Source of the DNA: Rhodoferax sp.
GTDB taxonomy: Bacteria > Pseudomonadota > Gammaproteobacteria > Burkholderiales > Burkholderiaceae_C
Assembly (NCBI GenBank): GCA_003133245.1
Contig: PKWM01000036.1
Location: 4,337 to 68,336 of the forward strand
Length of the DNA stretch: 64,000 nucleotides
Direction of reading: 5' to 3'
The translations under genes and the position numbers were made by a program. The notes beneath the pieces were generated by a model that was not told the origin of the DNA, ran no database searches, and saw nothing but the letters and a program-made list of their open reading frames with translations. How positions within the stretch are numbered: position 1 is the stretch's first letter; every line of letters starts with the position of its first letter. Below, one piece after another: positions 19,466-32,100 of the stretch.

Positions 19466-19481
19466 TGGCATGGAATCTGCT
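19466..19481 (+). promoter_or_regulatory. Sigma54 (-24/-12) promoter of pilA
   Basis: TGGCAT-GGAAT-CTGCT, with GG and GC at canonical spacing, 52 bp before the pilin ATG. Confidence 0.8.
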
Positions 19482-19533
19482 GCAATAAAACGTCTCGTTG
19501 TTATTTTTGTTTTTAATCTTTAAGGAGCTAGTT

Positions 19534-19986
19534 ATGAAGCGTTCCATGCAACAGGGTTTTACCCTGATCGAGTTGATGATCGTGGTGGCAATTATTGGTA
19601 TTTTGGCGGCAGTGGCCTTGCCGGCGTATCAGGATTACACCGTGAAGGCCAAAGTGTCTGAGGCGGTGAGTTTGTCTTCACCGGCCCGGACAGCCTTGGG
19701 TGTGGCTTGCAGTGATGCTTCCTTGACTGCTGCTGCTGTTACTGATTTGAATGCGTCGTTGGGTCTGCCTGCTGCAACTGCCATCACCGGAAAGTACACC
19801 AAGACGGTAACGGCTTCAAACACTGATGCTGCTAATGTGAAGGTGACCGTTGCAATGTTGGCCATAGGTTCTTCAATAACTGATGGTCAAACAATAGTTT
19901 ATCTCGGCGTCTGCGGCCCAGCCGGCATGACGTGGACGATTGATGCGGGATCCACTGTCCCCGTCAAATACCTGCCTAAGGTTTGA
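19534..19986 (+). CDS. pilA: Type IVa major pilin
   Basis: AAGGAG RBS, prepilin cleavage site QQG|[27 protein letters not shown], two Cys. Confidence 0.95.
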   Translation: MKRSMQQGFTLIELMIVVAIIGILAAVALPAYQDYTVKAKVSEAVSLSSPARTALGVACSDASLTAAAVTDLNASLGLPAATAITGKYTKTVTASNTDAANVKVTVAMLAIGSSITDGQTIVYLGVCGPAGMTWTIDAGSTVPVKYLPKV

Positions 19987-20063
19987 TGCGATTGACATAG
20001 CCTGATTTGATCCCCCAATGCCGACTTCCTTACATGGAGTCGGTAGGTGGGAAATCTTGGCAT

Positions 20064-20092
20064 AAGGCACCCCTTTGAGGGTGCCTTTTTTT
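20064..20092 (+). terminator. Rho-independent terminator after pilA
   Basis: AAGGCACCC...GGGTGCCTT stem followed by a T-run. Confidence 0.85.
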
Positions 20093-20123
20093 GTGAGTCA
20101 ATATCCGGAAATGGCATAAGCAG

Positions 20124-21824
20124 ATGAAAAACGAGAAGCCGATCATGTCGTCTTTTTGGCTGGTTTCCTGGTCGTGCATGTTAGCCCTGGGCTGGTTACT
20201 GCCAAACCATTATTACCCTTGGTTATCGTTTCATTCGGATGCCTGGATCGCGGCGGTGCTGTTGTTGGCCGCCGCCGTCATCTGGCGCGCACGCGGGCCG
20301 GTGGTGCTGCACCGCATGACGTTGCTGGTAGCGCTGCTGATTCTCGTGCCCTGGTTGCAATATGGTTTTGGTTTGATTCTTCAGCCCGGCGTGGCCTGGA
20401 TCTCCTTTGCCTATTTGCTGGGCCTGTTGCTGGCCTTGCTTGTCGGTGCGTGCTGGGAGGCTAGCAGTCCCGGTCAACTCGGTGACGGCCTGTTTCTGGC
20501 GATTGCAATAGCGGGCGTGCTGTCGGTGGGTTTGCAGTTGCAGCAGTGGTTGCAGATTGATGGATTGGAACTCTGGACCATGGGCGGCGGCGCGGAGCGA
20601 CCCCACGCCAATTTTGGGCAACCCAATCAACTGGGCACATTTTTGCTGTGGAGTGTGCTGGCGGCAGCCTGGGCTCACATGCGCAAACACATCGGCGGCG
20701 CGACGGCGGTGCTGCTGGCCGCGTATTTGTTGTTTGGCGTTGCCCTGACCGCCTCGCGCACTGCCTGGCTTGGCGTAGCCTTGATGATCGCAGCGGCATG
20801 GTGGTGGCGGCAACTGTGGACCAGCTCACGCTGGCCCTGGGCGGCCACGGGTTTGGGATTGTATTTTGCAATTTGTGTCGTCAGCGTAGGCTGGTTGCGA
20901 CGAGCGTTGCTGGGTGGGATGCAACTGGACCTGGATAATTTGATGCGCGCCAGCAGTGAAATCCGGCCACTGGCATGGGCGGCCTTTCTGGATGCCGCCT
21001 GGCAGCGACCCTGGTTCGGCTATGGCTGGAACCAGGTGGCGCTGGCACAGGTGGCGGTAGCACCAGAGCATCCGCCGCTGTTTATGGCTTTTACCTATTC
21101 CCACAATCTGTTCCTCGATCTGGTGCTGTGGTGCGGCATTCCGCTGGGCTTGCTGGTGTCGGCGGCTTTGTTGTGGTGGTTGTGGAAACGATTTCGTGCC
21201 GTGCAGTCGGCCGAAAATGCAGTGCTCGTTTTGCTGTTGCTGGTGGTGGCCAACCATGCCATGCTGGAACTGCCTTTGCACTTCGCTTATTTCTTGCTGC
21301 CGGTCGGCTTGGTGATGGGGGTGCTCAATGTGCGGTTGGGCGCACGGCCGGTTCTGTTGCTGGGGCGCTGGGCTTTTCTTGCCTTATGGTTCGCTGCCAC
21401 GACATTGCTGGCGCTCATCATCCGGGACTATGCCCGGGTCGAGGCAAGTTATCAAACCCTGCGTCTGGAGTGGGCGCATATCAAAATCACGCTGCCCGTG
21501 GGCCCGCCAGAGGTGCTGCTGTTGACGCAGTGGCACGACTACATCAAGTTTGCGCGGATCGAGCCCAAACGCGGAGTGAGCACAGAAGATTTGGCCTGGA
21601 TGCGTCACCTCACCGGTTTGTTCCCCAGCAGTATTTTTTTTCATAAATTTGCAACAATTTTGGCCTTGAATCAACACCCCGATGAAGCCCGGCTGTGGTT
21701 GCAAAGAATGTGCAAGATGGCCCCAGACTCGGATTGCCAGACTGTCAAGACGATGTGGGCCAGGCAATCACTCCAATATCCCGAGATCGCAGCCATTGCC
21801 TGGCCGGTCAAGACTGGCAATTGA
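20124..21824 (+). CDS. pglL: PglL-family O-oligosaccharyltransferase (Wzy_C); probable pilin glycosylation
   Basis: RPHANFGQPNQLGT, TASRTAW, RPWFGYGWNQV, SHNLFLDL, HAMLELPLHFAYFLLP; adjacent to pilA. Confidence 0.85.
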   Translation: MKNEKPIMSSFWLVSWSCMLALGWLLPNHYYPWLSFHSDAWIAAVLLLAAAVIWRARGPVVLHRMTLLVALLILVPWLQYGFGLILQPGVAWISFAYLLGLLLALLVGACWEASSPGQLGDGLFLAIAIAGVLSVGLQLQQWLQIDGLELWTMGGGAERPHANFGQPNQLGTFLLWSVLAAAWAHMRKHIGGATAVLLAAYLLFGVALTASRTAWLGVALMIAAAWWWRQLWTSSRWPWAATGLGLYFAICVVSVGWLRRALLGGMQLDLDNLMRASSEIRPLAWAAFLDAAWQRPWFGYGWNQVALAQVAVAPEHPPLFMAFTYSHNLFLDLVLWCGIPLGLLVSAALLWWLWKRFRAVQSAENAVLVLLLLVVANHAMLELPLHFAYFLLPVGLVMGVLNVRLGARPVLLLGRWAFLALWFAATTLLALIIRDYARVEASYQTLRLEWAHIKITLPVGPPEVLLLTQWHDYIKFARIEPKRGVSTEDLAWMRHLTGLFPSSIFFHKFATILALNQHPDEARLWLQRMCKMAPDSDCQTVKTMWARQSLQYPEIAAIAWPVKTGN

Positions 21825-21875
21825 CGCAGCTATAGAAACCTCTGCCACCCCAAGGGGCAGGATAATCCCCACCCT

Positions 21876-23762
<1,887 letters not shown>

Positions 23763-23763
23763 A

Positions 23764-25608
23764 CTACTTCGCTGCGCCCTGCTGCTGCACCACCTCAACC
23801 TCAACCCGGCGGTTTTTGGCGCGGCCCTCAGGCGTGGCATTGTCCGCAATGGGCTGGCTGTTGCCTTTACCCACAGCGCGGACGCGTTTGACATCCACAC
23901 CCTTGCTCACCAGATAAGTTTTGACCGATTCGGCACGCGCCAGTGACAGGCGATTGTTGTAGGCTTCGCTGCCCACCGAGTCAGTATGACCCACGGCAAT
24001 CACCACATCAAGAGCAACACCCTTGAGGCGGGCAATCAGGCTGTCGAGCTTGCTGATGCCGTCGGCCTTGAGTTCAGCTTTGCCGAAATCAAACAGGGTA
24101 TCAGCGGCCAAGCTCACTTTGGTGGGTGCCGGGCTTGGTGCCGGTGCCGGTGCCGGTGCCGGTGCCGCGCGTGCGCGTGCGCGTACTGGGATCACGGTCT
24201 GCGCCTTGATCTTCTCGACGGTGTCCACGACCGACTCTTCTAGCGGACACAAGTCAGCCGGATCCATCGCAGCACGGTCCTGGCCCGCTTCCTGTGCGCT
24301 GGGAACGTCAGCGCGCCCGACGCCGAGCGCGCTCACCAATTGGCCCATGCCAGCCAGTGTGCGTGCCTGCGCAGCGATCTGGTTGTAGCGGGTATTGATG
24401 TAGGTGCGAGTTGCTTCAAAATATTCATTTTGGGTGTCAAGCAAATCCAGCAGTGTGCGCTGCCCGATATCAAATTGCTGTCGATAGGCCTCGCGCGATT
24501 TTTCGGTTGACAGCAGATGCTGGTTTTGATAGATCATCTGCTCACTCAAGGTACGTGCATCACTGTAGGCAATGGAAAGCGTCTGGCGCACGTCGCGACA
24601 GGCTTTTTCCTGTAGATCGCGTGCTTGTTCATTCTGGTTCACCGCCTGGCGTTCACGCGCACGGTCGGCACCGCCACGGAACAAGTTGTAGTTCAGCACC
24701 AGCTCAATGCCATTCACATGCGTGTTGCCCAGAATGCCGCCGATGTTGTCGCTATTGCCGGTGTAAGCGCGAAGGTCAACTCGCGGCAGGTAAGCTGACT
24801 TGCGCGATTCAATGGCCAGTTGATAAGAACGCGCATTTTCCACGGCAGCGTTGAGCGTCGGGCTGCCCTGCAGACCGTCACGCATCAAAACCTTGGTGGA
24901 GGCAGGTAGGATACCGAGCTTGAATGGCTCAGGCATCGAAGGCAAACTGGCCGGCGGCGTGTCTCCGACAATCCGAAGGTAGCGCGCACTCACATCGTGC
25001 AAATTGGTCAGTTCGACCAGTAAATTGGACTCGGCCAGCGCCAGACGACCGTTCGCCTGCTCGACGTCAACACCGCGACCGACGCCTGCGTTGGCGCGCT
25101 CCTCGACTTGGCCCGTAGTCTGCTTGTGCTCCACATAGTTTTGCGTCGCGGCATCCACCAGCTCGCGATAACGCACCACATCGGTATAAGCCTGCACCGC
25201 CTCCAATGCCGCCGTTTCCGAGGCTTCAGCCAGCTCGTAGTAACGCGTCAACTTGGCATGGCCCAGGCGCTTGGCCTCGTTGGCGGTAAACATGCCGTCA
25301 AAGAGCATTTGACTTAGCGTCAGTTGCGTGGAATTCAAGTTGTAACGGCCTTGGGGAATTAACGGCGTTCGACCGTCTTCACGTCCGGCGGAAGCGTTCA
25401 GATCGAGTTGCGGGAAAAAGCCACCCCGGGCAACGTCGCGCTCGTCGCCAGCGGCCTTGAAACCATTCCAGCGGGCCTGCACATCGGGGTTACTCACCAC
25501 CGCCTTGCGCGCCGCCTGCACCAGAGGTTCCGGCAAGCTCTGTGCCTGTGCGCCCCAGCCCGCCAGCATAGCCGTCACAATTAGCGTTAGAGAGAATTTT
25601 GTTTTCAT
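23764..25608 (-). CDS. lapE: TolC-family T1SS outer-membrane protein fused to a C-terminal OmpA-like domain (LapE/AggA-like)
   Basis: Signal peptide, QFDIGQRTLLDLLD TolC motif, Pro/Ala linker, OmpA motifs GHTDSVGS..YN..LS..RA and GRAKNRRVEV. Confidence 0.85.
   Translation of the reverse strand: MKTKFSLTLIVTAMLAGWGAQAQSLPEPLVQAARKAVVSNPDVQARWNGFKAAGDERDVARGGFFPQLDLNASAGREDGRTPLIPQGRYNLNSTQLTLSQMLFDGMFTANEAKRLGHAKLTRYYELAEASETAALEAVQAYTDVVRYRELVDAATQNYVEHKQTTGQVEERANAGVGRGVDVEQANGRLALAESNLLVELTNLHDVSARYLRIVGDTPPASLPSMPEPFKLGILPASTKVLMRDGLQGSPTLNAAVENARSYQLAIESRKSAYLPRVDLRAYTGNSDNIGGILGNTHVNGIELVLNYNLFRGGADRARERQAVNQNEQARDLQEKACRDVRQTLSIAYSDARTLSEQMIYQNQHLLSTEKSREAYRQQFDIGQRTLLDLLDTQNEYFEATRTYINTRYNQIAAQARTLAGMGQLVSALGVGRADVPSAQEAGQDRAAMDPADLCPLEESVVDTVEKIKAQTVIPVRARARAAPAPAPAPAPSPAPTKVSLAADTLFDFGKAELKADGISKLDSLIARLKGVALDVVIAVGHTDSVGSEAYNNRLSLARAESVKTYLVSKGVDVKRVRAVGKGNSQPIADNATPEGRAKNRRVEVEVVQQQGAAK
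24137..24184. repeat. In-frame hexamer simple repeats (GGTGCC)x5 + (GCGCGT)x3
   Basis: Directly visible; encodes the RARARAAPAPAPAP linker. Confidence 0.85.
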
Positions 25609-25764
25609 TAGTAATCTCCGTATCAAAATGAACATAATGCACATTTGGGCTTTGGTTTATACCTCAATTGCAAAAAATTGAATACCCTTACGGACATGAT
25701 AAGTATCAAGCAGCCTGGCAGATTTTTTGTCGCCAGAGCCGATCATTAGCGCCTGCTCCTGCTC

Positions 25765-26460
25765 ATGTGCAACGCCCCACGCCCCCTTTTTTCCCTCCCA
25801 TTCACGCGCCGGCTATGGCCCGCTGCCTGGGTATTGCTGCTTGGGCTCTGGCTGGCCTACGTCATCTCGCTGGCCGCGCCAAACCTTGACAAGATGCAGG
25901 CGCTGGCGCTGCAGCGCTACGGCGCTGGTGCCGCCGAGACGGTAGTCGCCTGGCGGCGTTTGATCGAAGAAACGCGCACCTTGCCTGACAACGACAAGCT
26001 CAACAAAGTCAATACCTTCTTCAACCGCCGCATCCAGTTCAAGACGGATTGGGAGGTTTACAACCAGGAAGACTATTGGGCCACGCCACTCGAGTTCATG
26101 GGCAATGGCGCTGGCGACTGCGAAGACTTCGTCATCGCCAAATACATGACCTTGCAAATACTTGGCATTGGCAACGAGCATCTGCGTCTGATTTATGTAC
26201 GCTACAAAGTTGGCTCGACGGCACCCATCGCCCACATGGTCCTGGGCTATTACCAGAAACCGACCGAAGAGCCGCTGATTCTTGATAACTTGATCAGCAG
26301 CGTGCGTCCGGCCTCCATGCGCACTGACCTGACCCCGGTCTTCAGCTTCAACAGCGAGGGCCTGTGGGTGGGTGGTGCCAGCGCCTCTGCGGCCGACCCA
26401 ACCGCCCGCCTGTCCCAATGGCGCAATGTGCTTGAGCGCATGCGCGAGGACGGCCTTTGA
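25765..26460 (+). CDS. lapG: Transglutaminase-like periplasmic cysteine protease
   Basis: DYWATPLEF.G.GAGDCEDFVIAKY, AHMVL, ILDNL (Cys-His-Asp triad). Start codon uncertain. Confidence 0.9.
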   Translation: MCNAPRPLFSLPFTRRLWPAAWVLLLGLWLAYVISLAAPNLDKMQALALQRYGAGAAETVVAWRRLIEETRTLPDNDKLNKVNTFFNRRIQFKTDWEVYNQEDYWATPLEFMGNGAGDCEDFVIAKYMTLQILGIGNEHLRLIYVRYKVGSTAPIAHMVLGYYQKPTEEPLILDNLISSVRPASMRTDLTPVFSFNSEGLWVGGASASAADPTARLSQWRNVLERMREDGL

Positions 26461-26505
26461 TCAACCCCAGTACCCCATTCCCCTCACCTATCCAGCGAGC
26501 CCACT

Positions 26506-28419
26506 ATGTCACTCATCAAACAACTCTGGATCGCCATTGCCATGGTTATGGCGATCGCCTTCGGCGGCAGCATGATCGTGAGCGTGCTCTCCGCGCGTCA
26601 CTACCTGGAACAGCAACTCCAGGTGAAAAATATCGACAACGCCACCGCGCTGGCCCTGTCGCTGTCGCAACTGCCCAAAGACCCGGTTATGGTCGAGTTG
26701 CAAGTGGCAGCACAATTTGACGCGGGCCATTACCGCTTCATCCGCATCGTCTCGCCCACCGGCAAGACCCTGGTGGAGCGCATCGGCGTCAGCAAACTGC
26801 TGGGGGCACCGGAGTGGTTTGTCGCGTTGTTTCCGATTCGCACCAGTCCCGGCCAAGCCCTGATTCAGGACGGCTGGATCCAGTACGGCACGCTGACGCT
26901 GGCCAGCCAGGATATCTATGCCTACCAAAGTCTGTGGGACGGCACGATCGAGTTGCTGCTGTGGTTTGTACTCGGCGGCGCGGCCACGGGCGTGGTTGGC
27001 ACATTGCTGATGCGCTCTATCACACGGCCGCTGAATGACGTGGTGGGCCAGGCACAGGCCATTGCTGAGCGCCGTTTCCTGAGCATCCCCGAGCCGCGCA
27101 CACCCGAGCTCAAGAGCGTGGCCCGTGCCATGAACGAGATGGTCGGACGCCTCAAAACCATGTTCAATGAAGAGGCAGCGCGCCTCGAAGCCCTGCGCCA
27201 GAAAGTCAATCGCGACGCTGTGACCGGTCTGTCCGGTCGCGAGTACTTTTTGTCGCACTTGCGCGAGGCCTTGCAGGGCGATCAATTCGGCTCCAGCGGC
27301 ACACTGGTGATGGTGCGCCTACCCGACCTCAACGAGCTCAACACCCGCCTGGGCCGCCAGCAGGCCGACGCGCTTCTCAAAGACGTGGGCACCGAGCTCT
27401 ACAACAGCGGCAACGGCCGCGTCGGCCAGCGTGCCGGACGCATCAAGGGCGCTGAATTCGCTATCGTCTGCCCGACCTTCGAGACGGCGGCCGCCGCCGC
27501 TCGTGACATCCATGAAAAACTGACTCAAACCGTGCTGTCAAAATGGAGCGACCAGGTGCCTGACCTGTTCCACATCAGCGCCGTGCGTTACCACCATGAA
27601 CAAAACATGGGCGAGTTGTTGGCTCACGCTGACGAAGCCCTGGCTCAGGCTGCCAGCAAGGGGCCCAATAGCTGGCATGCCGTTGAGGATAAGCTGACCA
27701 AAGCGGCGCTACCGGCTGAGCAGTGGCGCACCCTGCTAACCGAGGCCGTAGCAGGCGGGCGCCTGGCGCTGAGCTTCTACCCGGTCATCTCAAACGACGG
27801 CGCCAGTGCACTGCACCAGGAAGGCGTGTTACGCCTGCAGGTGGACGCCCAAGGCACGCTGCTGACGGCGGGCGACTTCATGCCCATGGCAGCCCAGCTC
27901 AACCTGACTGCGCCAATCGATCTGGGTGTGGTGAAGCTGGCCATTGAACACCTGCGCACCAGCGCTGGCGACATTGCCGTCAACCTGTCGGCCGAGACCA
28001 TCGGAGACTTCCACTTCCGCAACGAACTCACGCAACTGCTCAAGGCCTACCCCGAGATCTGCAAACGCCTGCTGTTTGAAGTGCCCGAGTACGGCGTGTT
28101 CCGGCAGTTCGAAGCTTTCCGCGAACTCGCGCGCAACCTCAAGCAACTCGGTTGCCGGGTCGGCGTCGAGTATTTTGGTCAGCGTTTTGCGGACAGCGAC
28201 AAGCTCGCCGACCTGGGGCTGGACTACATCAAGGTTCACCCCAGTTACATCCGTGGCATCAGCGACAACCCTGGCAACCAGGAATTTCTCAAAGGCCTGT
28301 GCAAAGTGGCGCACGCCATCGGCATCACCGTGGTGGCGCTGGGGGTGCAGAGCAAAGACGACCTGCCGCTGCTGGCATCGCTGGGGTTCGATGGGGCGAC
28401 CGGGCCGGGCATCAAGTGA
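26506..28419 (+). CDS. lapD: LapD/MoxY-type c-di-GMP receptor (periplasmic-HAMP-degenerate GGDEF-degenerate EAL)
   Basis: MSLIKQLW..I, FDAGHYRFIR, APEWFVALFP, KGAEF in place of GGDEF, VEYFG in place of DDFG. Confidence 0.9.
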   Translation: MSLIKQLWIAIAMVMAIAFGGSMIVSVLSARHYLEQQLQVKNIDNATALALSLSQLPKDPVMVELQVAAQFDAGHYRFIRIVSPTGKTLVERIGVSKLLGAPEWFVALFPIRTSPGQALIQDGWIQYGTLTLASQDIYAYQSLWDGTIELLLWFVLGGAATGVVGTLLMRSITRPLNDVVGQAQAIAERRFLSIPEPRTPELKSVARAMNEMVGRLKTMFNEEAARLEALRQKVNRDAVTGLSGREYFLSHLREALQGDQFGSSGTLVMVRLPDLNELNTRLGRQQADALLKDVGTELYNSGNGRVGQRAGRIKGAEFAIVCPTFETAAAAARDIHEKLTQTVLSKWSDQVPDLFHISAVRYHHEQNMGELLAHADEALAQAASKGPNSWHAVEDKLTKAALPAEQWRTLLTEAVAGGRLALSFYPVISNDGASALHQEGVLRLQVDAQGTLLTAGDFMPMAAQLNLTAPIDLGVVKLAIEHLRTSAGDIAVNLSAETIGDFHFRNELTQLLKAYPEICKRLLFEVPEYGVFRQFEAFRELARNLKQLGCRVGVEYFGQRFADSDKLADLGLDYIKVHPSYIRGISDNPGNQEFLKGLCKVAHAIGITVVALGVQSKDDLPLLASLGFDGATGPGIK

Positions 28420-28445
28420 TCAGAGCCCTGGTTTGCCGTATCGGC

Positions 28446-29000
28446 TCACTGACGCACCGAAGCGCGCCACTTTTCGACCGCATTCAAGGTGTTTTCTACA
28501 TGCTGGTCCGGGCTCAGGCTCGAATAGACGTAAAGCACTTTGCCTTCAGGGCTGATCACATACGAAATACGATCAGCCATGTCGGGTTTGACCCAAAGCG
28601 CTGCGTCATATTGCTTCATGATGCGCGCGCCGCTGTCAGCTGCCACGGCAAACTTGTCGCGACACGCCTCGACCGAGAACTTCTTCAAGGTTTCAATGTT
28701 GTCGTTTGAAATGCCAACCACCGTGGCACCCAGGGCATTGAACTTGGGCGTTGCTTCAGCAAAATTGTGGGCCTCAACGGTGCAGCCGCTGGTAAATGCT
28801 TTCGGATAGAAATACAAAACGACCGGCCCCTTCTTCAAGGTTTCCGCCAGCGAAAACTTGAATGCAACCCCAGCGCGCGCCGCCTCGGTCGTGAAATCTG
28901 GCGCGGGGGCGCCCACCGCCAGTGCGGCCAGCGAGGCAGAGCTGGCGCATGCGAGAACCAACGAAGCACACAGCGAGACTAAAGGGTTCTTCAATTTCAT
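28446..29000 (-). CDS. Peroxiredoxin (BCP/PrxQ type) with a signal peptide
   Basis: VVLYFYPKAFTSGCT.E peroxidatic motif, second Cys in EACRDKF, N-terminal signal-like segment. Confidence 0.85.
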   Translation of the reverse strand: MKLKNPLVSLCASLVLACASSASLAALAVGAPAPDFTTEAARAGVAFKFSLAETLKKGPVVLYFYPKAFTSGCTVEAHNFAEATPKFNALGATVVGISNDNIETLKKFSVEACRDKFAVAADSGARIMKQYDAALWVKPDMADRISYVISPEGKVLYVYSSLSPDQHVENTLNAVEKWRASVRQ

Positions 29001-29147
29001 GGCATTGCTCCCAAAATTAGACGATACCTCGAATGTCAATACCTGGCTTAGAGCCAAGGTCATTCACCCCGACGCCATGACAAAAGGGGCTCCATTAACA
29101 AACAGGCTCCCGAAGGCGCCTGTCTCGTATTTCGGAAACTGGCCCTG

Positions 29148-32100
29148 TTAAACACCCGTATAAGAATGAGCCGTCGTTAGGCTATTGATGATGTTGGTAA
29201 GATCGTGTGCAGAACCGAAGCCCTGAAGTACGATCGTCTGGGCATGGCCTGCCGTATCGGTGATGTTGAGCGTAGTGCTGGTTGTGGTTTGCGCCCCAGC
29301 TATGTGCGCCCCCCCCGCCGGGTCCGACAACAAATCATTGATTTGCAACACGTCACCTGCCTTGAAGTCCATCACTTTGTCCAACGCGGGGGCGGCTGTC
29401 GTACCTGCATCTGCCAAGTGCCAGACAAAGGTATTCGCACCTGTACCGCCGTACATGATGTCGTTACCAGCACCACCGGAAATAATGTCATTACCTTCCT
29501 GGCCAAAGATGATGTCATTGCCAGCACCGCCGTTGATCATGTCATTACCGCCAGTCCGCCCGCTCTCTAGCTGAACTGTCGGAGTTGAACTGGCCAGATT
29601 CTGAATGACGTAATCATAAATTTGCGTCTGACTCCAACCAAGTTGCGTGAATACCAAAGCGCCGGCTCCCGCAGGCGGCATTAACAGATTATGAGCAGCA
29701 TAAAAGGCAGCATTAGCAGTAGCCAGCGCATCCGTGTTGACGGAATCGCCGAAGATAATGTCGTTGCCACTACCCCCGTTGATGACGTCGTTGCCAACTG
29801 CCGTCTGGATGACTTGAGAGCCAGTCAGAGTGCCTATGGTATTGCTTAAATCATTCGCCGTAGTGATATTGTCTGCCGTGTGACCAGTGGTCACGCTACC
29901 GTAGTTGTAGCCTTCAAGCTCGCTCAGGAAGCCCAGCGCCGATGGACTGGACGACGTGCCCATGCCCGAGCCAACCTGGATACCTACAGCCTGGAGGTTG
30001 TAACCGGCGGCGGCGATGAGTCCAACCTCAGAGATGCTGTCAGCATGTATTGCGTTTTGTCCGGAACCAGAGGCGCTCAATGTTCCCAAGGCGGCGGCAA
30101 TGGCCTGAGCGGCGGTGGCGCTGACAGCAGTCGTTGTCTCGGCACCGGCAGTAGTATTGTTATCAAGCTCATTAGGCTGTCCATCGGAGATGAACACCAA
30201 TTTGTTCACGTTCGCATTGGCCAGCGGAGCGTTCGTACCCGTGCTGTTAATCCAGCCGAGTGCTGACTGCAATCCAGCCTCGTAATTTGTGGAATTGGTC
30301 GCCGTCAGCGCATTCACTGCGCTGACGGCCGCGTTAAGTCCCGCCGTAGTGCTGACATTGAAAGTCCCCACACTTGACGCGTTGGTACTGAATTGATCGA
30401 TGTGGACAAGTACGGTGGCACCGCTGGTATGCAGTTGGTTCAATGTCGCATCGACCGAATTTATCATCGCCTGCAAGCGCGTTTCGGTAACTGTCTTGCC
30501 CGAACTATTGGTGAACGAGATAGTGTTTGTCCCCATACTGCCTGAGGTATCGAGCACCAGCACGATGTTGGCACTCTGACCAGGTATGAGCGTAGTACCC
30601 CCCGGGTCACCGACCAGAATGTCGTTACCGCCGCCGGATGCAACAAGAGTTTCGCCTGCAGATGTTCCCACGACCAGCGCGTCGAACGTCGGCGTGTCGG
30701 TCGCGCTGGCGTTATAGGTGCTGCCTGCGGCGTCATGCCCGCTGACCGTGGCGGTCACCGTATGGTTGGCTGAGGTAAGGTCGGTCGTCGGTACGTTGGT
30801 GGCGCTATAGACCAGGTTGCCCGCTGTCCCGGTAACCGTTGTCGCATAGGTATGGCCATTGACCGTCAGGGTCACCGCATCGCCAAACTGGGCATTGCCG
30901 CCCACCGTGCCAGATACCGTCGTGTAGGTCGACTGCGCCTCATCGAGGCTGATGTCGTTGTCGCCCGTGATCGGGGTGATCGTGATCGTGGCGCTGGCCG
31001 TATCGATCGTCGGCGTGTCGGTCATCGTGGCCGGCGCATGGCTGCCATTGGCGTCGGTCATCAGGACGCTGACGCTGACTTGCTGCGCTACACCATTGAC
31101 CACCAAGTCGCTCATTGCCACATTGGCAACGCTGTAGCTAAAGAGATGCGTTGCCGGATCCTGCACCACCGTGCCGGTGTAGGGGTGGCCATTGACCGTC
31201 AGCGTGACGGTCTCGCCAGCATTGACCGTGCTGGTGCCATTTGCCGTTATCGTGCCGCCGATCGTGGTCACGCCCGTCAGTTCCTGGTTGCTGATGATGT
31301 TGTCGCCCGTGATCGGGTTGATCGTGATCGTCGCGCTCGCAGCATCGGCTGCCACCGCTTGATTAGCGCTCGCCGAGAAGGTGCTGCCTGCGCTGTCCGT
31401 GCCGTTCACCGTCGCCGTCAGCGTCTGGCCTGCCACCGCGCTGCCAAGCGCGGTTGTGCTGTAAGCGCCCGTCGTGTGATCCACCGCGACGCCCGTGGCA
31501 ATGACATGACCCGCCGCGTCCGTGATCGTCACCGTCTCGCTCGCCGCTGGACTGTTCGCAGTCAGCGCCACCACGCCAGACAGCGTGACGGGCACACTGC
31601 CTTCCTGGTTGTTGATGTTGAGGTCCGACACCGTCAGCGTGATCGCCGCGCTCGCGTTGTCCACCGTTGGCGTATCGGTGTTCGTGGCTGGTGCCTGGCT
31701 GCCGTTGGCATCGGTCATGGTGACGCTAACGCTGACCTGCTGGGCTACGCCGCCCACCACCAGGTCGCTCATCTTCACATCCGCAACGCTGTAGGTCAGA
31801 GCGCCAGTTGTCGAGTCTTGCGCCACCACACCCGTGTAGCTATGGTTGTTGACTGTCAGTGTGACAGTCTCGCCCACATTGACGGGGCTGGTGGTGGTGC
31901 CATGCACCGTGCCGGAGATGGTGGTGGTCGCGTCCGCCACTTCCAGATTGTTGATGATGTTGTCGCCCGCGATTGGGTTGATCGTGATTTGCGCCGTCAG
32001 CGTGTCCAGGGACGGCGTGGCAGTCATCGTGGCCGGTGCCTGGCTTCCGCTGGCGTCGGTCATCATGACACTGACACCAACCTGGTTGACCGTCGTGCCG

